The notes under the pieces: generated by a model
Databases searched by the model: none
The model's input: only the letters and a program-made list of their open reading frames with translations
Told to the model about the DNA's origin: nothing
Program-made: the position numbers and the translations under genes
DNA from: a virus
Length of the DNA stretch: 64,000 bases
Virus record (IMG/VR): IMGVR_UViG_3300046832_001910
Coordinates: 32,001-96,000 of that record
Direction: 5' to 3' (one strand)
In this document: piece after piece, positions 9,748 through 17,007 of the stretch
Layout of the letters: each line of letters starts with the position of its first letter
Position numbering within the stretch: the first letter of the stretch is position 1

Positions 9748-12700
9748 ATGGCAGTAGTAACACTAAAGGATCTAATGGATCCTCTAACCAAGATAGCAAA
9801 ATCAACTGAAGAAACTGCTTCAAAGCTTGATGCGGTTGTTGCTGCTGTTTCAGGAGGGACTGGTGGTCAATTAAGTCAGGCAATCGTTACTGAACTACAG
9901 GTACAAACAGATTTATTAAGACAAATTGCAACCAATACTAAAAGTGGTTCAATAGCAGTTGACGGAAAACCTGTTGATAAAGATAAACTTAAAGAAGGTG
10001 CAGAAGCCATTAAAATGTTAGGTGGGGGTGCAGGCTCTCTTGCCATGGGTTTATTGGCATTTATGTTGGTGCCTAAGGGTGTTATTAAAAAATTCACAGA
10101 AACCATTACTAGCTTAATGGCGGCCTTTGATCAAATAGACACCCAAAAGGTAGAGAAAGGATCTAAAGCATTTGAAACTATTGCCGGTTCAATCGGTCAG
10201 TTTGCAAGAGGATTAGCAATGGCAGGTTTACTCTTTATACCTGCAATGATTGGGGTTGGTGTGGTTATTCTTTCTCTAAAGATCTTACTACCTACTTTTG
10301 AATTGTTAGGAGATTCTGATAAGAGAGTTCAAAAAGGTGCTGAAGTATTAGATCTTATGGGTGGTGCCTTAATAAAATTTGCTAAAGGATTAGTTCTGGC
10401 TGCAATTGGATCTGCTATCGGTATATTATTTACACCTCTTATAGTTCTTGCAATGATACTTATAGGTGGAGCTTTTGCTCTGCTAGGAAAGGTTGATAAA
10501 TCAATCAGACAGGGTGCAAGATCCGTGATGCTTATGGGCCGTGCTCTTGTATGGTTTGCGGTTGGTTTGGCTGTAGCTGCTCTTGCATCAATGATAGTTT
10601 TAACCAATCCAAATATGCTCTTAGCAATGGTTGGTAGTCTTGTTTTAGTTGGTGGAGCATTTGCTTTATTAGGAGTATTTGATAGATCAATTAAGAAAGG
10701 CGCCGTTGCCTTATTTGTAGTAAGTCTTACACTTGTAATATTTTCTATTTCATATCTTATATTTGCTGCTGTTACAAAGAATGTTACATTAGAACAGGTT
10801 CTTATTCAATCCGGTTTATTAATTGGAACCGGTCTTGCATTTGCCGTACTTGGTAAAATGTTTGGTCAAATTGTACCTGGTGCAATTGCAATTGCAGGTA
10901 TGGGTATTGGATTACTTGTATTTAGTTTAGGATACTTACCTTTTGCAGCGGTTACCAAGGATATCACATTAGAAAGCGTAGCTGCACAGGCAGGATTGTT
11001 ATTAGCATTAGGTGTAGAGTTTGCAGCTGCTGGTGTAGGTTCCCTATTTATATTAGCTGGAGCTGGAGCATTTGCAGCGGTTGGAATTTCATTATTACTT
11101 TTAGCTCCAGGACTTGCTGCTATCAAGGCGGTTGATTTTACTGAGGAAGACGCTAGGAATTTAACCACCACATTAGTTGGTGTTAAATCTGCATTCTTAG
11201 GTAATGCTGATGCTGATGAAGGATTCTTCTCAAAACTAGGTGGTGCAATAACCGGTGCTGTTGATGCAGTAAGAATGGTTGAAGCTGCATCCGGTTTTAT
11301 AGCAGCCGGTATCGCTCTTAAAACTTTATCTTGGGGCCTAATGGCATTTAAAGAAGTTAAGTGGAGTGACGAGTTATCAAAAGAATTAGTAGTTATGCTA
11401 AACGGTGTTACTACTGCATTTGCTTTAGCTGGGTCAAGCGAACAGGTTCCAAGTTCATCTTTCTTTGGTCAAATGTTCGGCTTTAAGAGAACTGCGGTTG
11501 AAGAAGGTATTAATTCAGTACTAGGTGCAGGCAGAGCACTTAAAGATATTGCCGAAGGTCTTAAGGCATTCCAGGCACTTATTGATAGTGGTGTTAATTT
11601 TGGTCAACCTGATGAAAACGGAAGATACCAACCTGGTACATTAGGTTATGCTGTAACAAACACGGTAGGATTTATTAATGAAGCATTTGCTTCAATTGCA
11701 GATCAAGGTAATGTTCCGGCAGGTGGAGTATTTGGATCTCTATTTGGAATTAAAAAGAATAAAGTTGCTGAAGGTATTGAGTCAGTTAAAGGCGCAGGTC
11801 AAGAACTTAACAATATTGCAAACGGTCTTAAAACCTTCCAGGAACTGGTTGATAGTAATATTAACTGGGATAGGTTAGGAGACGCTATTAAAAAATCATT
11901 AGGATTTGTAGGAGATGCCTTTGCATCAATTGGTGGTAAAGAAGAATCTGATGGATGGTTTATATTTAGCTGGGATGAGAACCTTGTACAAAAAGGCGTT
12001 GAAAGTGTTCAAGGCGCAGGTCAAGAACTTTCAACCATTGCAAACGGTCTTAAGACATTTCAAGATATGGTCACAGCTAATGTTGACTTTGTTAAGTTAG
12101 GTGAAACTATTAAGACTACACTTACATTAGTAGGTGATGCCTTTGCAATGATAGGTGGTAAAGAAGAATCTGATAGCGCACTATTTGGATTAATTGAATG
12201 GGATGAGAACCTTGTACAAAAAGGTATAGAGAATGTTAAAGGTGCTGGTTCTGAGCTTACAAATATCGCAAAAGGTTTACAATCATTTGCTGACCTTAAG
12301 AACCCTAAAGCCATAGCAAATAGTATTAAAGAAATCTTTACTTCAATTGGAGATACATTTACATTCTATTATGATAAGCCTAAATTCTCAGGACAACTTG
12401 ATCATATGAAATCGTTTGTTAATACAATGTCATATAATGCAAGTAAAGGTCTTATACATAAAGCAGCTGACGGAATGTCTAAAATGGCCGCGGCTATTAA
12501 TTCAATTAATACCGATAAAGCAGAGGCATTTGGAAATCTATTTAAGGGCGCCGGTGAATTAAGTACAAACACTATGGCATATTTCCAATTGATTAATGCT
12601 GTTGAAGATATTAGAGATGCACTTAATGCACAAGGAACTGGTGGAGGAACACAGACCGCAGCTGCTGGTGGAACTCAAGCAGGTGGCGGTGCTGAAAGTA

Positions 12701-12816
12701 AAGGTATTAAACCAACTCTTGACAGTATTAATCAATCTTTAGGAAGATTAAACAGTACAATGGGAAATATTGTTCCTGCTATCCAATCTATCAAAATTAC
12801 CGTACAAGAACCGTAG
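9748..12816 (+). CDS. Tape measure protein
   Basis: 1022 aa, Ala/Gly-rich, long hydrophobic middle, repeated ESVxGAGxELxxIAxGLxxFQ units, in tail module. Confidence 0.75.
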   Translation: MAVVTLKDLMDPLTKIAKSTEETASKLDAVVAAVSGGTGGQLSQAIVTELQVQTDLLRQIATNTKSGSIAVDGKPVDKDKLKEGAEAIKMLGGGAGSLAMGLLAFMLVPKGVIKKFTETITSLMAAFDQIDTQKVEKGSKAFETIAGSIGQFARGLAMAGLLFIPAMIGVGVVILSLKILLPTFELLGDSDKRVQKGAEVLDLMGGALIKFAKGLVLAAIGSAIGILFTPLIVLAMILIGGAFALLGKVDKSIRQGARSVMLMGRALVWFAVGLAVAALASMIVLTNPNMLLAMVGSLVLVGGAFALLGVFDRSIKKGAVALFVVSLTLVIFSISYLIFAAVTKNVTLEQVLIQSGLLIGTGLAFAVLGKMFGQIVPGAIAIAGMGIGLLVFSLGYLPFAAVTKDITLESVAAQAGLLLALGVEFAAAGVGSLFILAGAGAFAAVGISLLLLAPGLAAIKAVDFTEEDARNLTTTLVGVKSAFLGNADADEGFFSKLGGAITGAVDAVRMVEAASGFIAAGIALKTLSWGLMAFKEVKWSDELSKELVVMLNGVTTAFALAGSSEQVPSSSFFGQMFGFKRTAVEEGINSVLGAGRALKDIAEGLKAFQALIDSGVNFGQPDENGRYQPGTLGYAVTNTVGFINEAFASIADQGNVPAGGVFGSLFGIKKNKVAEGIESVKGAGQELNNIANGLKTFQELVDSNINWDRLGDAIKKSLGFVGDAFASIGGKEESDGWFIFSWDENLVQKGVESVQGAGQELSTIANGLKTFQDMVTANVDFVKLGETIKTTLTLVGDAFAMIGGKEESDSALFGLIEWDENLVQKGIENVKGAGSELTNIAKGLQSFADLKNPKAIANSIKEIFTSIGDTFTFYYDKPKFSGQLDHMKSFVNTMSYNASKGLIHKAADGMSKMAAAINSINTDKAEAFGNLFKGAGELSTNTMAYFQLINAVEDIRDALNAQGTGGGTQTAAAGGTQAGGGAESKGIKPTLDSINQSLGRLNSTMGNIVPAIQSIKITVQEP

Positions 12817-12844
12817 AAGATTAATCTTTTTTCTTAGAAACTTA

Positions 12845-12872
12845 AAACCAAGTTAACCTGTTACTATATAAA
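12845..12872 (+). promoter_or_regulatory. AAAC-N18-TATAAA phage promoter (class with 11 copies)
   Basis: aaac-caagttaacctgttacta-tataaa upstream of exonuclease. Confidence 0.6.
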
Positions 12873-12906
12873 ATTAACGGATTGTTCCACTAAAAGTATA
12901 GTAATT

Positions 12907-13701
12907 ATGGCTAAAAGTATTGTTTGGTTTGATTTAGAAACTACTGGTGTTAACACAGCAACAGATAGGATTATTGAGATCTGTATGATTAAAACAGATT
13001 TTGAAGGAAATGAGATTGCATCTTTTTATTCACTTGTAAATCCTGGCACTGGTATTGAATGGCGCCAAGAGGCGATAGATAAACATGGCATTACACCAGA
13101 TATGCTTGAAGACCAGGATAGGTTTGAATTTATTGCCAAAGAAGTTATGGACTTTATAGGTGACTCTGACCTTGGTGGCTATAATGCACTTTACTTTGAT
13201 ATCCCAATGTTAACTGAAGAGTTTATGCGAGCTGGGCTGGTCTTTAATCCTCGCGGTAAGGCTGTAATTGATCCGTTCATTATCTATTCAAAATATGAAA
13301 GACGAGATCTAAGTACTGCTTATACAAAGTACACAGGTAAAACTTTAGAAGGTGCACACCGTGCAGAAACGGATATCCGTGCAACAATGGAAATCTTCCA
13401 GGCACAACGTAAACTTTATGATATGCCAGGATCTGCGGTTGAAATTGATCAGGTGGTTAATGAGTCTCGTCAAACCCAAGTAGATCTTAGCGGTAAGTTT
13501 AAGTTTGCCGAAATCAATGGTAAAAAAGAAGTCGTATTCAATTTTGGAAAGTGGATGGGTAAACCTTTTAAAGAAGTTTATGAAGCCGACTCACGTTACA
13601 TTGAATGGATGATTGATAAAGGAGAATTTGCAAAAGAAACTAAGATCATAGCCAGAAAACTTGTAGAAAAGATGAAGGCTGAACCACCAATGCCTTTCTA
13701 G
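12907..13701 (+). CDS. DEDDh 3'-5' exonuclease (DNA Pol III epsilon-like)
   Basis: FDLETTG, GYNALYFD, AHRAETD; C-terminal FNFGKWMG domain. Confidence 0.9.
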   Translation: MAKSIVWFDLETTGVNTATDRIIEICMIKTDFEGNEIASFYSLVNPGTGIEWRQEAIDKHGITPDMLEDQDRFEFIAKEVMDFIGDSDLGGYNALYFDIPMLTEEFMRAGLVFNPRGKAVIDPFIIYSKYERRDLSTAYTKYTGKTLEGAHRAETDIRATMEIFQAQRKLYDMPGSAVEIDQVVNESRQTQVDLSGKFKFAEINGKKEVVFNFGKWMGKPFKEVYEADSRYIEWMIDKGEFAKETKIIARKLVEKMKAEPPMPF

Positions 13702-13807
13702 AAATTGTTAATAACTTTTTTCATTTTTAGAGAAAAAAGTCTATGAAAAATTTTCAAATCCCAATAATTTGTTTTATATTTATATAAAATAAAACGGATA
13801 TGGAAAT
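13702..13807 (+). repeat. About 105-bp conserved intergenic/promoter element, copy 1
   Basis: Shares aaattgttaataacttttttca, agagaaaaaagt, atcccaa, ttatatttatataaaataaaacggatatggaaat with 63483-63599. Confidence 0.85.
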
Positions 13808-14000
13808 TAACACAGGATCAGTCGTAAAGTATCAAAATGGTTACTACCGCGTTACACGCTGCACCAAAAACACAGTCAATCTATCTGGAGTATGGGGCGG
13901 CCGTATTTATCACAAAGGAATTAATAAGTCTGAGGTAACTGAAGCTGCTGCTGAATGGTATGAAAGATGGAGTCAATCTGAAACCTATCAATGCATGTAA
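13800..14000 (+). CDS. Hypothetical protein
   Basis: 66-aa ORF after promoter element. Confidence 0.7.
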   Translation: MEINTGSVVKYQNGYYRVTRCTKNTVNLSGVWGGRIYHKGINKSEVTEAAAEWYERWSQSETYQCM

Positions 14001-14001
14001 T

Positions 14002-14229
14002 ATGATACGAGAAAAAACACAACACGCCGGACCTATCGTCATTGATCTAACAGGACCTGACGGTAATGCATTCGTCCTAATGGGAATGGCCAAAAAGTTT
14101 GGTCGTCAATTAGGCTGGGACAATGGTAAATGCCAAGACCTAGTAAATGAAATGATGAGTGGAGATTATGAGAATCTTCTCCAAGTGTTTGATCGCGAAT
14201 TTGGTAACTTTGTAATTTTAGAAAGATGA
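14002..14229 (+). CDS. Hypothetical phage protein
   Basis: IDLTGPDGNAFVLMG motif; ATG 14002 directly after upstream stop. Confidence 0.7.
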   Translation: MIREKTQHAGPIVIDLTGPDGNAFVLMGMAKKFGRQLGWDNGKCQDLVNEMMSGDYENLLQVFDREFGNFVILER

Positions 14230-14531
14230 ATATAGACATTGAAAAACTTAAAAAGATCGAAGAGGTCTGCGGACAATTTGAAATTGGTCGAATCATGGGT
14301 GGTGGTGATCATAACTACCTTCGCTTTGGTTATTGGAGACCGACTGATTGGACTGCACTCCAAGAGATCTTAGGTCCTTCTATTATCGTAGAAGAAGACT
14401 CCGATTATGATGATGACTGCGGTTGGAAGTATTCATACACTCTCTATGATCGCTTTGAATGGGAAAAGATTCAAAAAGAAAGACAAGAGAGATTAAATGC
14501 ATGGAGACAACCTTCCGTGAAACAATCATAA
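14226..14531 (+). CDS. Hypothetical protein
   Basis: 101-aa ORF, ATGA overlap with the upstream gene. Confidence 0.7.
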   Translation: MNIDIEKLKKIEEVCGQFEIGRIMGGGDHNYLRFGYWRPTDWTALQEILGPSIIVEEDSDYDDDCGWKYSYTLYDRFEWEKIQKERQERLNAWRQPSVKQS

Positions 14532-14547
14532 TACATAGTTATATAAA
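14520..14547 (+). promoter_or_regulatory. AAAC-N18-TATAAA promoter for tmRNA
   Basis: Same class as the other 10 copies. Confidence 0.6.
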
Positions 14548-14555
14548 TAACGAAA

Positions 14556-14567
14556 CGTTCTTTAACA
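14556..14567 (+). promoter_or_regulatory. boxA-like antitermination element
   Basis: cgttctttaaca versus rrn boxA TGCTCTTTAACA; immediately before tmRNA. Confidence 0.65.
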
Positions 14568-14571
14568 TTAT

Positions 14572-14952
14572 GGGGGTGACCTGGTTTTGACGGTTAAGCT
14601 GAAAATAGGTTACTGATGCAAGCAGGGTTAGATGGAAACCCTTAAACACCTATCACACAATAAAAGGCGAAGAGAAATCTTCATTCACCTGGGAAGACGC
14701 AATGTCTTTCATTGGTGCTGATTACGCAGTAGCTGCCTAGTCAGTCCCGCACTCATCGTGGGGTATTAAAAAGAATGAGAACCTTGAGTACTTCTCGCTG
14801 ACTCTCTAAATAAGAGTGGGGAACATTGGTCCAATTAACGATGTTGAAGAACTAATTGGTATTTTGTTTGTTTAGAAAAATAAACTAAGCTTGTGAACGA
14901 AGGATTTAGGTTCCTTAGTCGGACATGGGTTCGAATCCCATCACCTCCACCA
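14572..14952 (+). ncRNA. ssrA: tmRNA (one-piece); tag reading frame 14666-14740 GEEKSSFTWEDAMSFIGADYAVAA*
   Basis: 5' GGGGGTGA...TTTTGAC; 3' T-arm GGGTTCGAATCCC and TCACCTCCACCA; Ala G:U acceptor; tag ending YAVAA-stop. Confidence 0.95.
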
Positions 14953-14956
14953 AAAA

Positions 14957-15014
14957 AGGATGCTTACAGCAAACTAGGACTAGATTTGTAAACTATACTC
15001 CTCAGCATCCTGTA
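14957..15014 (+). ncRNA. Unknown hairpin RNA element, copy 1 (AGGATGC.TACAGCAAACT...AGCATCCTGTA)
   Basis: aggatgc/gcatcct stem; second copy at 15843-15900. Confidence 0.6.
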
Positions 15015-15016
15015 AT

Positions 15017-15089
15017 GCGGAAGTAGCTCAGTTGGTAGAGCACAACCTTGCCAAGGTTGGGGTCGCGAGTTCGAATCTCGTCTTCCGCT
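15017..15089 (+). tRNA. tRNA-Gly(GCC)
   Basis: Cloverleaf, anticodon arm caacc-ttGCCaa-ggttg. Confidence 0.95.
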
Positions 15090-15115
15090 CAAAAAGAAAT
15101 TTTACTCACATAGTG

Positions 15116-15143
15116 AAACAAACATAGTGTGAGTATATATAAA
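15116..15143 (+). promoter_or_regulatory. AAAC-N18-TATAAA promoter driving the leader ORF
   Basis: gaaac-aaacatagtgtgagtata-tataaa, about 20 nt before ATG 15165. Confidence 0.6.
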
Positions 15144-15164
15144 CAGTAAATAAAAACAAATTCA

Positions 15165-15260
15165 ATGCAACTGCACGGATGTACATATTGGATACTTAGT
15201 AATGTGGAGAAGAATTTTCCACAGGCGGATTCAATTACACACATTCCAGGCAGGAGCTAA
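15165..15260 (+). CDS. Putative attenuator leader peptide MQLHGCTYWILSNVEKNFPQADSITHIPGRS (all 20 amino acids)
   Basis: ATG after A-rich 5' UTR; 31 codons; 3' end complementary to the downstream terminator 5' arm. Confidence 0.75.
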   Translation: MQLHGCTYWILSNVEKNFPQADSITHIPGRS

Positions 15261-15286
15261 TGAAATAAACTCATCTAATAATTTAG

Positions 15287-15324
15287 GCCTCCTGGAAAAT
15301 AAAAAATTCCAGGAGGCTTTTTTT
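15287..15324 (+). terminator. Intrinsic terminator / attenuator upstream of the tRNA array
   Basis: gcctcctggaa-N9-ttccaggaggc plus T7. Confidence 0.9.
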
Positions 15325-15333
15325 ATGGGTCTC

Positions 15334-15364
15334 TTTCAGAAAAAGATTGAGTGGTTTATATTTG
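15334..15364 (+). promoter_or_regulatory. Host-type (Bacteroidota TAnnTTTG-like) promoter TTTCA-N17-TTATATTTG
   Basis: Same architecture near 13752, 25476 and 60663. Confidence 0.55.
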
Positions 15365-15386
15365 TTTAGATTAAGAATAACAAATT

Positions 15387-15398
15387 TGTTCTTTGACA
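15387..15398 (+). promoter_or_regulatory. boxA-like antitermination element
   Basis: tgttctttgaca, 16 nt before first tRNA of array. Confidence 0.65.
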
Positions 15399-15414
15399 TA
15401 TTGGTACCGATTTA

Positions 15415-15499
15415 GGAAGATTGGCAGAGTGGTCGATCGCGGCAGTCTTGAAAACTGTTGAACTGCAAGGTTCCGTAGGTTCGAATCCTACATCTTCCG
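15415..15499 (+). tRNA. tRNA-Ser(TGA)
   Basis: Cloverleaf with long variable arm; ctTGAaa loop. Confidence 0.95.
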
Positions 15500-15509
15500 C
15501 AAATCAAAT

Positions 15510-15580
15510 TGCCCTCTCGTCTAATGGCAGGACATGTGGTTTTGGTCCACAGTGTGGAGGTTCGAATCCTTCGGGGGCAA
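15510..15580 (+). tRNA. tRNA-Gln(TTG)
   Basis: tgtgg-ttTTGgt-ccaca. Confidence 0.95.
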
Positions 15581-15582
15581 CT

Positions 15583-15762
15583 AATGAAACCCACAGAAGT
15601 CCGATTAGCGCGGATGAAAGGAACCTTGGCTCTCAAAGGATCGCAACCTTTTAAAGAGAGTTTGAATGTCCCAAGGTACTCTGTTCAGATTCCTGCTCTG
15701 CTGTGCACGGCAACAGGTTATGGGGAACAAACCATAAGTAAAACTCGGAGATAGGTTTCATT
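15583..15762 (+). ncRNA. Unknown about 180-nt structured RNA within tRNA array
   Basis: Closing stem aatgaaacc/ggtttcatt; internal stems accttgg/ccaaggt, aaagg/ccttt, ttatgg/ccataa; long-range tccga/tcgga. Confidence 0.6.
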
Positions 15763-15766
15763 TTAA

Positions 15767-15839
15767 CGGGGAGTAGATCAGTTGGTAGATCGGGTGGTTT
15801 GGGACCATCAGGCCGCAGGTTCGAGTCCTGTCTCCCCGA
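15767..15839 (+). tRNA. tRNA-Pro(TGG)
   Basis: ggtgg-ttTGGga-ccatc. Confidence 0.95.
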
Positions 15840-15842
15840 CTA

Positions 15843-15900
15843 AGGATGCATACAGCAAACTTTACTAAACAGCAAATTTGGAAAAAAGAAGCATCCTGTA
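15843..15900 (+). ncRNA. Unknown hairpin RNA element, copy 2
   Basis: aggatgcatacagcaaact...agcatcctgta. Confidence 0.6.
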
Positions 15901-15904
15901 TTTT

Positions 15905-15977
15905 GCCTCTGTAGCTCAGTTGGTAGAGCTACTGATTTGTAATCAGTGGGTCGCAGGTTCGAATCCTGTCGGAGGCT
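15905..15977 (+). tRNA. tRNA-Thr(TGT)
   Basis: actga-ttTGTaa-tcagt. Confidence 0.95.
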
Positions 15978-15982
15978 CAAAT

Positions 15983-16054
15983 GGTCTGTTCGTCTAACGG
16001 TTAGGACATCACCCTTTCACGGTGGTGATACGGGTTCGATTCCCGTACAGACTA
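15983..16054 (+). tRNA. tRNA-Glu(TTC)
   Basis: tcacc-ctTTCac-ggtgg. Confidence 0.95.
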
Positions 16055-16060
16055 CAACAT

Positions 16061-16135
16061 TGCGGGGTGGACTGGAGATGGTTCCAGCTCAGTCTCATAA
16101 GCTGAATCACATGGGTTCGATTCCCATTCCCGCAA
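16061..16135 (+). tRNA. tRNA-Met(CAT) (initiator/elongator not resolved)
   Basis: tcagt-ctCATaa-gctga; acceptor tgcgggg/tcccgca. Confidence 0.85.
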
Positions 16136-16139
16136 CTAA

Positions 16140-16213
16140 GGCTCGTTAGTAGAGATGGTTACAATGTCGCCCTGTCACGGCGAAGGTCACGGGTTCGAGT
16201 CCCGTACGAGCCG
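16140..16213 (+). tRNA. tRNA-Asp(GTC)
   Basis: tcgcc-ctGTCac-ggcga. Confidence 0.95.
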
Positions 16214-16287
16214 CAAAAAATGCCGAGGTTTAATATTGACCTAAAGTAATGTGTACAGTTACATCGTAGGAAGGCTACCTACATCTT

Positions 16288-16364
16288 GGGGGTATAGCTC
16301 AGTTGGCTAGAGCATCTGCCTTGCACGCAGAGGGTCGTGGGTTCGAGTCCCTCTATCTCCACCA
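16288..16364 (+). tRNA. tRNA-Ala(TGC), CCA encoded
   Basis: tctgc-ctTGCac-gcaga; ends ACCA. Confidence 0.95.
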
Positions 16365-16365
16365 A

Positions 16366-16438
16366 GATCTCGTAGCTCAGTTGGTAGAGCAATACACTTT
16401 TAATGTATGGGCCGCGCGTTCGAGCCGCGCCGGGATCA
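16366..16438 (+). tRNA. tRNA-Lys(TTT)
   Basis: ataca-ctTTTaa-tgtat. Confidence 0.95.
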
Positions 16439-16445
16439 CAAAAAA

Positions 16446-16510
16446 ATCGCTAATGGAAACATTGAAGGTGTACAATGCTAGCAACACCGCAGGTTAAGCG
16501 ATATCCTGCA
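16446..16510 (+). ncRNA. Unknown compact pseudoknotted RNA between tRNA-Lys and tRNA-Leu
   Basis: atcgct/agcgat, cattg/caatg, ggtgt/acacc, gcagg/cctgc with crossing topology. Confidence 0.45.
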
Positions 16511-16514
16511 ATTT

Positions 16515-16595
16515 GCCGAAGTGGTGGAATGGTATACACGCTGGTCTTAGGAACCAGTGCTTCACGGCTTAAGGGTTCGAGTCCCTTCTTCGGTA
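16515..16595 (+). tRNA. tRNA-Leu(TAG)
   Basis: ctggt-ctTAGga-accag, variable arm. Confidence 0.95.
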
Positions 16596-16599
16596 CTAT

Positions 16600-16672
16600 G
16601 CATCCTTAGCTCAGTTGGTAGAGCGCTTGCCTTACATGCAAGATGTCGGAGGTTCAAATCCTTCAGGATGTA
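16600..16672 (+). tRNA. tRNA-Val(TAC)
   Basis: cttgc-ctTACat-gcaag. Confidence 0.95.
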
Positions 16673-16678
16673 CAAAAT

Positions 16679-16761
16679 TGGAAGGTGGGTGAGTGGTTAA
16701 AACCGGCAGACTGTAACTCTGCTCCCTTACGGGTACGGCGGTTCGAATCCGTCCCTTCCAA
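16679..16761 (+). tRNA. tRNA-Tyr(GTA)
   Basis: gcaga-ctGTAac-tctgc, variable arm. Confidence 0.95.
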
Positions 16762-16766
16762 CATTT

Positions 16767-16840
16767 GGACCTTTAGCTCAGTCGGTTAGAGCATCGGACT
16801 CATAATCCGCAGGTCGTAGGTTCGAGCCCTACAAGGTCCA
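16767..16840 (+). tRNA. tRNA with CAT anticodon, probably Ile2 (lysidine) or Met
   Basis: cgga-ctCATaa-tccg; GGACCTT acceptor resembles Ile2. Confidence 0.85.
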
Positions 16841-16845
16841 CATTT

Positions 16846-16918
16846 AGTCGATTAGTTCAATTGGATAGAACACTTGACTACGGATCAAGAGATAAGGGTT
16901 CGAGTCCTTTATTGACTA
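16846..16918 (+). tRNA. tRNA-Arg(ACG)
   Basis: cttga-ctACGga-tcaag. Confidence 0.95.
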
Positions 16919-16923
16919 CTAAA

Positions 16924-16996
16924 GGTGATGTAGCTCAGTTGGTAGAGCAAAGGACTGAAAATCCTTGTGTCGGCGGTTCGATTCCGTCTATCACCA
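16924..16996 (+). tRNA. tRNA-Phe(GAA)
   Basis: aagga-ctGAAaa-tcctt. Confidence 0.95.
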
Positions 16997-17007
16997 CAAA
17001 GTAATAT

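Noticed and set aside
16446-16510. c-di-GMP-II or SAM riboswitch identity for the pseudoknot
   Set aside because: Only GGAAAC..UGA and GCAAC fragments match; required core elements are missing and it does not precede a coding gene
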